Source of the DNA: Octopus vulgaris
Taxonomy: Eukaryota
Reading direction: 5' to 3'
Assembly: GCA_951406725.2 (NCBI GenBank)
Contig: OX597816.1
Coordinates: 63,612,001-63,676,000 of the forward strand
Length of the DNA stretch: 64,000 nucleotides
Below, piece after piece: positions 53,987 to 64,000 of the stretch. The notes beneath the pieces are model-generated. The model was given only the letters and a program-made list of their open reading frames with translations, was not told where the DNA came from and made no database searches. Position 1 is the stretch's first letter. Every line of letters begins with the position of its first letter. The translations under genes were made by a program, and so were the position numbers.

Positions 53987-55267
53987 TCGGGTCATCCCAT
54001 AAGTTCTGTCCGAAAAAAGAAAACAAGTGATAAAATGTTATATTTAATTGAAATTTCATCATCAATGTACTTTCCCTGATTATCTATGACTTCCTTCCAT
54101 CTATTTACATGCTTTTTAATCCCATCAATGTAAAACGCTTTTTGTTTCAAAACGAAGAACTCTGAAATGTCAGTTTCGACTTCCTCCTGGCTTGCCAAAG
54201 TTATGTCCCCCAAATGATTCTGTAAACTACGAAACAAATGGTAGTCTGAAGGAGCAAGGTCGAGAGAATAAGATGAATGAGGAATTTTTTCCCAACCAAG
54301 CTCTTCGATCTTCTGTGATGTGGTCTTTGCAGTGTAGGGTCGCGCATTTTCCTGATGAAACATCATTCATTTTCGATTCAATAAAGCGGGTCTGTTTTTC
54401 TTCAAAGTTTGGTTCAAACGCTCTAATTGCTGACAGTAGACTTGAGCATTGATTGCTGCATTAGGTGGTAACAATTCAAAGTGAATTACCTCTTTGCAAT
54501 CCCACCAGATAGAGATAAGAACCTTTTCCCCATGAAGTTCCGTTCTCGGCTGTGGTTGAGCTTTTCCCCTTTTACCAAGCCACTGTTTACGACGTTTAAT
54601 ATTTCGATAGAAGATCCATTTTTCGTCAGCAGTCACAAGTCTATCCAAAAAGGGTGAAATGAGTTCGCGAGAATGGAGAGAAGAGCAGATGTCAACTCGG
54701 GATTTGCGGTTGCTTTGGAACAATTCATGAGGCACTCATTTTCCAAGTTTAGGAGCCTTTCCAAGTTGTTGAAGATGACGATGAACAGTTGTATGGTTTG
54801 AACTAAGCTTTATTGCCAATTCTCCTACTGATAATGCAGGATTTTCTTCAAATAATGCCTCAAGGAGCTTATCATCATACTCAACTGGATGTCTTGTTCG
54901 ATCTTCATGTTCAAGGCTGAAATCTCCAGTTTTGAATTTTGCAAACCTTCTTCTGTAAGTTCTTTCATTCAAGCATTCTTTCCCATAAACTGAGTGTATG
55001 TTTCGAGTCTCTTCGGCTGCAGAGTTTCCTTTTTGTACCCATAAAGCATTATGTGCCTCAAATGCTCCTTGGATATTTCCATGTTAGAAAGGGTTTTAAT
55101 CAAAGAAAATTTTATTCCGTTATTCTGTAAAATAACGTTTAATTAGTTTAAATGTACACAAATGGATACAAAATAATTTAAAATTCCACTAGACATTCTA
55201 AAATACTATTAAATTTCATTCAATATAAAAAAAGGTAACATCGGACAGAAGTTATGGGATAACCTGA
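53987..55267 (-). mobile_element. Full-length but inactive mariner (DD34D) transposon, about 1.28 kb
   Basis: TA-flanked TIRs TCRGGTYATCCCATAASTTCTGTCCGA; motifs LGK*VPHEL, VTADEKW, HQENARP and YSLDLAPSDYHLF; in-frame stops at 54736 and 54367 and a 5' frameshift. Confidence 0.95.
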
Positions 55268-55378
55268 TACATCTACATATGTGTATGTATATATGTATTA
55301 CGTATGTATGCGGATTGGTGTGTAAACAATTTCCTGGCACTGAGTAAAAGCAAATACAAGAGAATCACTTTATAATAA

Positions 55379-55523
55379 ATTCTGTAAAATAATATTTAAT
55401 TAGTTTAAATGTACACAAATGCATGAAAATAATTTTTAATTCCACAAGACATTCTAAAATACTATTAAATTTCATTCAATTTTAAAGAAGGTAAAATCGG
55501 ACAGAACTTATGGGATGACCTGA
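55379..55523 (-). mobile_element. Second copy of the mariner 5' end including the TIR
   Basis: Near-duplicate of 55122-55267, ending TCGGACAGAACTTATGGGATGACCTGA|TA. Confidence 0.9.
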
Positions 55524-55638
55524 TATATGTTCTTGTTTCATTCTTTGAATCCTTTTCACCAACCAAGTGCATCTCATATAGAGCAGCAATATCCATATTA
55601 TATCTCAATGATTCCTTAGCCATTATTAAATTTTACCT

Positions 55639-56048
55639 GGATCTTTTCGGTTTGAACGGCAGTTTTTTCTAGCGGTGTCATATGAAATTGTCACCCATAA
55701 TTATGACCCTGGTATCGATCTATTGCATTTCAATCTGTTTTAGGGTTAGGGGTGGGGGAAGGGTATATTTTTTTCTTCAGAAATGTAAATAAACCCAATC
55801 TGTTACTTGAACGAGGGACATATTCATATGGCACAGAATGTTTTCACCTCAATAGACGTCATTGATTGGTTGAAATTGCAGAAATTGAAAAAAAAACCCA
55901 ACAAATATCTTACAATCTATAGAATTTTCTCAATAAAGCCAAGAGAAAAAGATGTTTTATAAACACATTCTACCAGTGTACTAAGTTTAAAAGTGTTTAA
56001 TTACGTGAAAATTATTTTAAAAAACTGCCGTTCAAACCGAAAAGATCC
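55639..56048. mobile_element. 410-bp MITE with perfect 30-bp TIRs and about 8-bp TSD
   Basis: GGATCTTTTCGGTTTGAACGGCAGTTTTTT ... AAAAAACTGCCGTTCAAACCGAAAAGATCC; flanks TTTTACCT / GTTTACCT. Confidence 0.92.
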
Positions 56049-56782
56049 GTTTACCTTTCTGATCTCATCTTTGCATCCACAACTGTCCTAATGTTTTCTA
56101 TTTATTGGCCCTATAAGTAAATACTTGTTAGGTGCGTCAAAATGACTAACGTAGATTGTATTGCAGGTAATTTGGGAGTCACCTTTTCTCGACACGTACA
56201 ATTGTTGTTGATAAGCAAACCGGCACTTTATCTAAACAACTTCATAATCACATCTGTTGCTGTCATAAAAAACCAAAAGAGCAATGTTACTTCTGCGTAT
56301 GTTGTCATTTGAATTTCACTACACTAATAAAAGAAGAAAAAAAAATTAAATAAAAGAAGCGTAGAATCTACTGAAACTCTAATAAAATCTTTTAACGACA
56401 AACAATTTTGCGGTAAATGTGCAATTCTTGAACTGCTTGATGTGGATAGATAGATAAATAGATTGACAGAGAAAAGATATAAAATAAACTGAATGCTGAA
56501 ATGTTATTTTCTTGTCACTCACAAAAATATACATCTAAAATTTCTATCGGCTCAATAATTTCTCTTTCTCTCTATCTGTTTGTATCTCTATCGCTCTTTC
56601 CCTCTCTCTTTCTGTCTCTCTGCCTCTCTGCCTCTCTCTCTTTCCCTTTCTCTCTCTCATCTTTTTCTCTTCTCGTAACTTCAAGAAACTTTTTAATCTT
56701 GTAATTCCATCTTTGAAGTCCTTATCGGTTCTCATTTTCTCTTTCCCTTTACCTCTCCATTCCACTAACAACGATACTAATA

Positions 56783-56836
<54 letters not shown>

Positions 56837-57039
56837 CTGCTCTCACTCTTAATATAACTGCCTCCTCTCTCTATCAATATGTATGTCTTTCACCTCGCCA
56901 TAACAACATCATCCCTTCTGTGGAACATTGTATTTCGAACTCCCTTTCTCCACACATCTCCATTCAACTAACATTTTAACTAAGTAACAACTATTATTTT
57001 CTCCTTACCTCAGGATGTTAACACTTCTCTTTCCCTCTT

Positions 57040-57214
57040 TCTGCGTCTATTCTATTACATCGACCCCAGTGCTCAACTGGTACTTATTTCATCGACATCG
57101 ATAGGTTGCAAAGCAAAGTCGACCTCGGGTTAATTTGAACAGAGAACGTAAAGATGGACGAAATGCCGCTAACTATTTTGCCCGGCGTGCTCACGATTCT
57201 GCCTCTTCACCGCC
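57040..57214 (-). mobile_element. SINE B copy
   Basis: Family core and head. Confidence 0.8.
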
Positions 57215-57247
<33 letters not shown>

Positions 57248-57500
57248 TGGAGCAGATAAAAAGCACAAAAAAATTAATCTGTAGATTAGTAGGGAAAAGG
57301 AAAGGGAGAACACAATGCAACCACTGGTATGGCCCCACCATCATAGGCCAAGAGATCACAGACACACTAGGGAATATCAGCAGCTGGAAAACTCCAGGGA
57401 TAGACAGGGTCCCAAACTTCTGGTTGAAACACCTCAATAGTACCCATAATCATTTAGTGGTAGCATTTAATCTATTGATAAGTGAGTCACACACTAATAC
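57248..57500 (+). mobile_element. Dong/R4-like non-LTR retrotransposon fragment (start of RT) within (TAA)n
   Basis: ITDTLGNISSWKTPGIDRVPNFWLKHLNSTHNHLVVAFN resembles the NWKAPG.D...NFW.K.L motif; flanked by (AAT)n. Confidence 0.65.
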
Positions 57501-58203
57501 TACTAACGATAATAATAATAATAAATATAATAATAATAAGAAGAAGAATGACGATGTTGATGAATGGTTGCAATTTAAAAGAAATCTTAAATGACGATCG
57601 AATATTGATTGGATGATGCTCATCCTCTTTTATGGTGTTATTTTTATATACATAGAGATATACAATGTTACTATAAAAGACTAATTGCGGTTTATATTAT
57701 TTTCACTGATATCTGAATCTTACTTGCATAAACTCGTATATGCTAACGAAATCATATCATCTTTCGCAAAACATCCGAGGGCACAGGGTTCTGGAAATGT
57801 TTCTATCTGCAAAAACACCATTAACTTTTTGTTTTCATTGCAAAGATATATGTTCACATTTCGTGTATATATATATATATATGTATGTATATCTGTGTGT
57901 ATGTATGTGTTCGTGTGTGTGTGTGTACATCTGAAAGCTTCGGTTGATGGCAACTGAACAAGCATAGAAAAATTGGCAAAATACGACTGCTAAATATCTA
58001 ACTTACTCAACTGGATAATTCATTGATATGAAAGTTCTTCTATCCTCTCTCGATATCCAGAAATGCTTGATATAGTTTATTAGAAAATATTGCCAGAAAT
58101 AAAGAGAAGAAAAAGAGGAAAACAGTACGAACTCAAAATATTAAACAAAAATAAAAGACTAAAACAACGATATACATATGTGCGTATGTGCATGAATTTT
58201 TGT

Positions 58204-58257
<54 letters not shown>

Positions 58258-58334
58258 CATGTGTGTGTGCGTGTGTGTTTTCATATACCATGCGTTTCCA
58301 TCGTATGTATCTGCATATATATAGGCACACACAT

Positions 58335-58377
<43 letters not shown>

Positions 58378-58385
<8 letters not shown>

Positions 58386-58505
58386 AAAAAACCAAGGCTG
58401 AGTAGATTTTAGAACAATTATAGATAGGTCTTACAGCTGTTTCCAGGATATTTGATATATCCCTTAATCGGAGACAGTGTGAGAGGATAGTTATGTAATA
58501 CTTAA
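58378..58505 (-). mobile_element. Penelope-like terminal-repeat remnant with degenerate hammerhead at 58428-58475
   Basis: Minus strand GTCT-CCGATTA-AGGGATAT(ATCAA)ATATCCT-G-GAA-ACAGCTGT-A-AGAC, between (TA)n tracts. Confidence 0.6.
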
Positions 58506-58755
58506 TATATATATATATATATATATACAACTTTTTTTTTAGAGATTTCTGTCGGCCCTTTTTCGAGTAGCGTGCGTACTGGGTAAAAAAATTATATGGT
58601 AAATAGACAATATGTCCAATTTTCGGCATATTTGGCATTAGAAATGTTTTCGTTTGCCCTTATTGATAAGTTGTTTATAATTTAACCTTCAAAGGTATTT
58701 TTTAATATGCTGGCCATTGATAGAATTTTTTTTCGAAAAAATGTTATCCTACATT

Positions 58756-58810
<55 letters not shown>

Positions 58811-58954
58811 GAGAGACACAGAGAGAGAGAGAACACGTGACCGAACAGACTATCAGATGCTGTTACACACATCACTGGTCACGCGACCTCGCTGGCTAGT
58901 CGAGCAGGCCAACATTTCCCACTGATCGAAATGGAGACCGGTGCAACGTGAAAC

Positions 58955-59755
58955 AGAAACAGAAGGAGGATGGAAATGAAGGACACTTGAATTAATTATT
59001 CAGACGGAAGAGGGTCAACTAGAGAACTTGGCAAAGACGGTGACGTTGGGGGAAATCGTGCTGAGGGTGTGGGTAGAGGGTAGAGTACCATGTTGTTTTA
59101 AATGTGGCTAAAAGGGCCACATTAGAGCATACTGTCCTCTACAGAGAGCAACAGCTGAGGATACAGTTGTGGAGAGAGAAGAGAAAAGAGAGAGAGAAAA
59201 AATAGACAGAGGAAACGAGAAAAAGGAGGAAGAATGGAAAGTTACAGAGAGCAGAAGGAGAAAGAGGAAAAACAGAAAAAACATTGAGTATGTTGTGGTA
59301 CCCCAGTCCAACCCAATCCCACCCCAGACCCATCCTCCCCATACAGACACCAAATCAACCCACCCCATCTCCCCACAAGAAAAAAAGAAAAAGGACACCA
59401 CACAATTTAGAAGACTTCCCTCTCCTGGTGAAAAAGGTTACGAATGCATGGCGGAGAGAATGATGTCACTAAGTGATAGAGAAAGGGGAAAAAGGATTGG
59501 ACTGAAGGAGATAAAGAAGTTAGGACCCAGAGGCAGCGAGTGGAGTTATTCAGTGTGGGGTGAGTAGCACACGCTTCATAATATCATTTGCAGATATCAT
59601 TCATATTCTCATATTTTAATTTGTTCTTCTTGTTAATTTCCAGGTATCATGCATTATATCATATTTTATTTTTATATTTTTAATTGTTATACGTCCCCAC
59701 ATGTGTTGTAGTGTCCCTCTCTGTGTAATACCTTTATGGCAAAATCATTGAAATA
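58955..59755 (+). mobile_element. Second ORF1-only zinc-knuckle retroelement, 5'-truncated and decayed
   Basis: LGEIVLRVWVEGRVPCCFKCG*KGHIRAYCP is homologous to the 30947-31669 protein; basic tail EEEWKVTESRRRKRK; 3' end resembles SINE B tail-2. Confidence 0.78.
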
Positions 59756-59900
59756 AAGTAGTTTGCTTACCAACCACATGGTTCCGGGTTCAGTCCCATT
59801 ACGTGGCACCTTGGGCAAGTGTCTTCTACTATAGCCTCGGGCCGACCAAAGCTTTGTGAGCGGATTTGGTAGACGGAAACTGAAAGAAGCCCGTCGTATA
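59756..59900 (+). mobile_element. SINE family A 5' half lacking its first ~22 nt
   Basis: Begins AAGTAGTTTGCTTACCAACC directly after the previous element. Confidence 0.85.
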
Positions 59901-60617
59901 TATATGTATTTATTTATTTAACTCTTTATGTGTGTATGTATGGAATACAGTTGTAGGACGTTAAAGGATGGTGCCATCCTCGTAGGCGTCTGTTTAATCC
60001 AGGTCGACCTGGATTGAACAGTTTTATGACCAAAGGTATTCTAATCTGGACTACTTAGATTTTTTTTCCTCCCGAACGCATTATTTTATGCCTGACTACA
60101 TCTTCCTGCGTGTCTTTCTCAAATTATAATGCTAAGACATGATTTGTTTGTTATTTCTAGCAGCTCTAGGTACTACTTAGAATCTTCCTTGTGCGCCTTG
60201 ACATCTGGACAATGTCAATTGTGTCGGTAATGTTGACACAAGCCATTATAGTGGGAAACGCAACGACAAAGGACTCTATTGTCTCTATGGTGAAACTGAT
60301 TGCATTGGCGTTGTGTAGCATGTTTTGGTGTCGTTAACGTACAGAAAGATGAAACCGAGAGTCATTATAGAACTTGTAATGTGAGTGAGCGTGAATGTAT
60401 GTGTGTGTGTGTGTGTGCGCGCGCGCGTGTGTGTATGTGTGTGTGTGTGTGCGTATGTGAACGAAAGGAGAGAAGATTACGAAGTACTAAATGTCATCGG
60501 GTTTATTTAGTAAATTTCTGTGAGATATATGGTATCACCCCAGTTCTATTTACAGGAAGGAACGGCTATCGAAAACAAGTATTATGTTTATCGCTTCTCC
60601 AGAAATGTGCTTATATA

Positions 60618-60788
60618 GGCGCAGGCATGGCTGTGTGGTAAATAGCTTGCTTAACAACCACATAGTTCCGGGTTCAGTCCCACTGCATAGCACCTTGGGC
60701 AAGTGTCTTCTACTATAACTTCGGGCCGACGAAAGCTTTGTAAGTGGATTTGGTAAACGGAAACTGAAAGAAGCCCACTGTATATATG

Positions 60789-60819
<31 letters not shown>

Positions 60820-60968
60820 TTGTGTGTCTGTGTTTGCCCCCTCCCCCTAACATCGCTTGACAACCGATGCTGGCGTGTTTACGTCCCCGTACTCTAGCGG
60901 TTCGGCAAAAGAGACCGATTAAATAAGTACTAGACTTACAAAGAATAAGTCCTGTAGTCGATTTGCTC
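60618..60968 (+). mobile_element. SINE family A
   Basis: Family match, 3' truncated. Confidence 0.88.
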
Positions 60969-61059
60969 TCTCTCTCATACACACGCTTAAATTTCCTATT
61001 CTTAAATTAATCCCCTTCATTGACGATGTTTAGACTTTTGTATTTATTATTCCTTTACT

Positions 61060-61437
61060 GTTTTATTCTTTTATTTGCTTCAGTTATTTGATTGCGGCCA
61101 TGCTGGAGCACTGCCTTGAATGACCCCAGGACATATTTCTTTAAAGCCTAGTACTTATTCTATCAGTCCCTTTTGCCAAATCGCTTTGTTACGGGGACGT
61201 GAACTCAACAACACCGGTGTCAAGCGGTGATGCTGAGGGGCAAATACTGACACACACACACACATAGATATATACATATATATACGACTGGCTTCTCTCA
61301 GTTTTCGTCCACCAAATCTATTCACAAGGCTTTGGTCGGCCCGACACGACAGTAGAAGACAGTTGCTCAAGGTGATATGCAGTGGGACTGAACCCAGGAC
61401 CATGTGGTCGGGAAGCAAGCTTCTTAGCACAGAGCCG
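61060..61437 (-). mobile_element. SINE family A, older copy
   Basis: Family match; tail-to-tail with the previous copy. Confidence 0.8.
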
Positions 61438-61469
61438 CGATTATATTCTAAATATTTCTGACATAAAAT

Positions 61470-62490
61470 ATTCTTTTCTTCTCTCGACACAAGGCCCGAA
61501 ATTTTGTGGGAGGGGGCCAGTCGATTAGATCGACCCCAGTACGCAACTGGCACTTAATTCATCGACCCCGAAAGGATGAAAGGCAAATCGACCTCGGCGG
61601 AATTTGAACTCAGAACGTAAAGACAGACGAAATTCTGCTAAGCATTTCGTCCGGCGTGCTAACGTCTTTGCCAGCTCGCCGCATTATTCCTGCAATAAAA
61701 TATTAATTTCAATCTTTAGCACAAGGCCATGAATTTCGAGAGAGGGCTAAATTGGCGGAATTTTAAATCGAACTGCATTTAGTCCGGCATGTTAGTGGTT
61801 CTGTTTACTCCACACCTTATTTCTGCAATAAAATGTTGGCTTCAATTTTCTGCACAAGGTCTTTGTGCTAAGTCGATTACATCGACCCCTGCACGCAACT
61901 GGTATTTATTTTATCGACTCTAAAATGATGAAGGGCAAAGTCGACCTTACCAGAATATGAACTCAGAAAATGAAGACGGACTAAATGTCGCAAAGCATTT
62001 TTGTCCGGCGTGCTAACGATTCTGCTAGCTCGCCACCTTACTTCTTATTACAAATTTTGGCACAAGGCTAGCATTTTGGGGGGATGAGTTAAGTCGATTA
62101 CATCTATCCAAGAGCTCAATTGGTACTTATTTTATCGACCACGAAAAGATAAAAGGTAAGGCCGACCTTGGCGAAATTTGAAATTAGTGCACGAAGACAA
62201 AGAAAATGTCAAACATTTCGCCCGGCGTTCTAACGATTCTGCCAGCTCGCCGCTATGTTTATGCAATGAAACTTTGGCTTTACGTTTTGACACAAGGTCA
62301 GCAATTTCGGGCAGGGGTGGCAAGTCGATCACATCAACCTAAGTGTTCAAATGGTACTTATTTTATCGACCCCGAAAGGATGAAAGACAAAGTCGACATC
62401 GGCGTAATTTGAACTCAGAACATAAAGACAAACGAAATGCCGTCAAGCAATTTTGCTAGGCGTGCTAAGGATTCTGCCAACTCGCCATCC
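61470..62490 (-). mobile_element. Tandem run of about five SINE B (tail-1) copies
   Basis: Repeated CACAAGG...GTCGAT.ACATC...CCGGCGTGCTAACGATTCTGCCAGCTCGCC units separated by TTATTTCTGCAAT.AAA spacers. Confidence 0.85.
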
Positions 62491-63299
62491 TTATTTCTGC
62501 AATGAAATATTGATATTCATATCAGGCATCTAACTGAAAGTGGCATTAGAGCATCGGATCTATTGCCTAGGAGTTATCATTATGACTCTCTGCATTCTGA
62601 GTTCCATCTCCGTCAATTTTGCTTGCCATTCTTTCGGGGTCTATTAACAAAATATCAATTTAATACTGATGCTATTTTTTTCTTCCTTCCAATTTTCTCC
62701 CTGTCTGTCTGTGTATCTGACGAGTTAGATCAAGAGAGTGTGACACTCCGTGGTGTCTGAATGTGCTCGAAACTCTCCGTCTGTTGCGAAGGCCACTCTG
62801 CGATACCATGAAAGACTTTAGGGCCCAAAGTAATAAACAAACGTATTATAGACAAAAATAGTCATAATGAAAACCAGTGACAGATGATGCTGTCTTGGTA
62901 GTTGGATAGATTACATTCAAGTGTTATAGAATGTCTAGATAATTAATCCTTCGCCTCTTCTATGGAAATATTTTCCTGGCGTCCATACATCATAAGTTTC
63001 TTCAACCACCTGAGCGACTTGAAACTTAAGAAAGGAAATCTTTATATAACTCAGAACAGAACATATAAAGGCTAGCTAAAAGTTCGTAAACAAGTACAGA
63101 CGTACAGACATTTAGGACAAAATTACGAAAATTCTTCGGACCAGCCAAAGGTTAATAAAAAGAAGAATGAGTAGCAGGAGCACAAAATCTTGGGATATGT
63201 ACGTATGTGCCTGAGTGAGTGAGTTGCTACGTGTGTGTGTGTGAGAGAGATAGATAGATAGATAAATAGATAGATAGATAAATAGATAGAAAGATAGAT

Positions 63300-63357
<58 letters not shown>

Positions 63358-64000
63358 AATAACAATTATATCAAATAATTACCATTAACGCATTACTTTT
63401 CATTTCCGGTTTTGTTTTTCAAGGAATCTATATATTGTTGCCTTAACTAACAGTTTTAATAAACAAGAATTGTATAGTTGGATTTTTTGACAGTTCTTTT
63501 CTGGTATTCCTACTATCATTGAATTAAATGTTGAGCTCTTTTCCTCTTTTTGCTGAATTGATGAGAAACAAACAGAGGATCAAATTTCAGGTATCACTTG
63601 CATTGAATTAGTTGCTGTATGATAATTAAAGTAACTGTTAACCAACAAATGATCAATTATGAATTAACTTTAAATGGATATTTGTTTTCAAATGACAAAT
63701 TTGTTTTGTTTTGAATGGTATATCTTAAATCAATTCCACGTTCTTTTAATATTATATTACAGATGGGAAATGGTGGAATTGTTTCTGAATGAGATCATAA
63801 ATCTAATGAACGGTCTAAATGAAGAAATGCAGTCTTGTTGCACTTAAAATTAAGAGAGGGAAAGTATATATTCATAATTGCGTTACTACTGAATTATTCA
63901 TGACACGAACTAACCGTTTGATTAAAATGTCTCAAATAATATTTTATCAATTAATTTTGTGAAATGTGTAAATTTATGTATTATTTTTTGCATTCGTTTC

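Noticed and set aside
53987-55267. Active or domesticated mariner transposase
   Set aside because: Two in-frame stops, a frameshift and an altered second catalytic Asp (HQEN).
55740-55752. Interstitial telomere
   Set aside because: Only two TTAGGG units, located inside a MITE.
63490-63860. Possible host exons (CAG|GTATCA donor near 63590, TACAG acceptor near 63762)
   Set aside because: Joined frames hit stops quickly and give no recognisable peptide; unsupported without transcript data.

Overview
Eukaryotic, AT-rich, repeat-dominated DNA. The tRNA-derived SINE families, (TA)n/(TATC)n/(CA)n microsatellites and Penelope/mariner relics are most consistent with a coleoid cephalopod, probably Octopus (inference from repeat content). 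Only one host-like coding region is supported: a 939-aa ORF at 32330-35149 (+) encoding an acidic, probably disordered nuclear protein. It is built from three in-frame tandem arrays and ends at a TAG after which repeat-like coding continues. The rest is mobile DNA: many SINE copies (working names A-D), three decayed mariners, a TIR MITE, a Helitron-like element, and Penelope, CR1/L2-like and Dong/R4-like fragments. There are also ORF1-only zinc-knuckle retroelements. The three best leads are: (1) an ORF1-only, Tx1-like 'half-LINE' that shares its 3' end with one SINE subfamily, with both landing in tRNA-like SINE heads; (2) minimal Penelope-type hammerhead ribozymes with variant cores, including an apparent compensatory G3:C8 swap, plus a 37-bp satellite resembling a hammerhead half; (3) the repeat protein and its possibly recoded or recent stop codon. 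Nearly all other short ORFs are microsatellite or SINE artefacts. No database searches were run, so family names rest on motif recognition.
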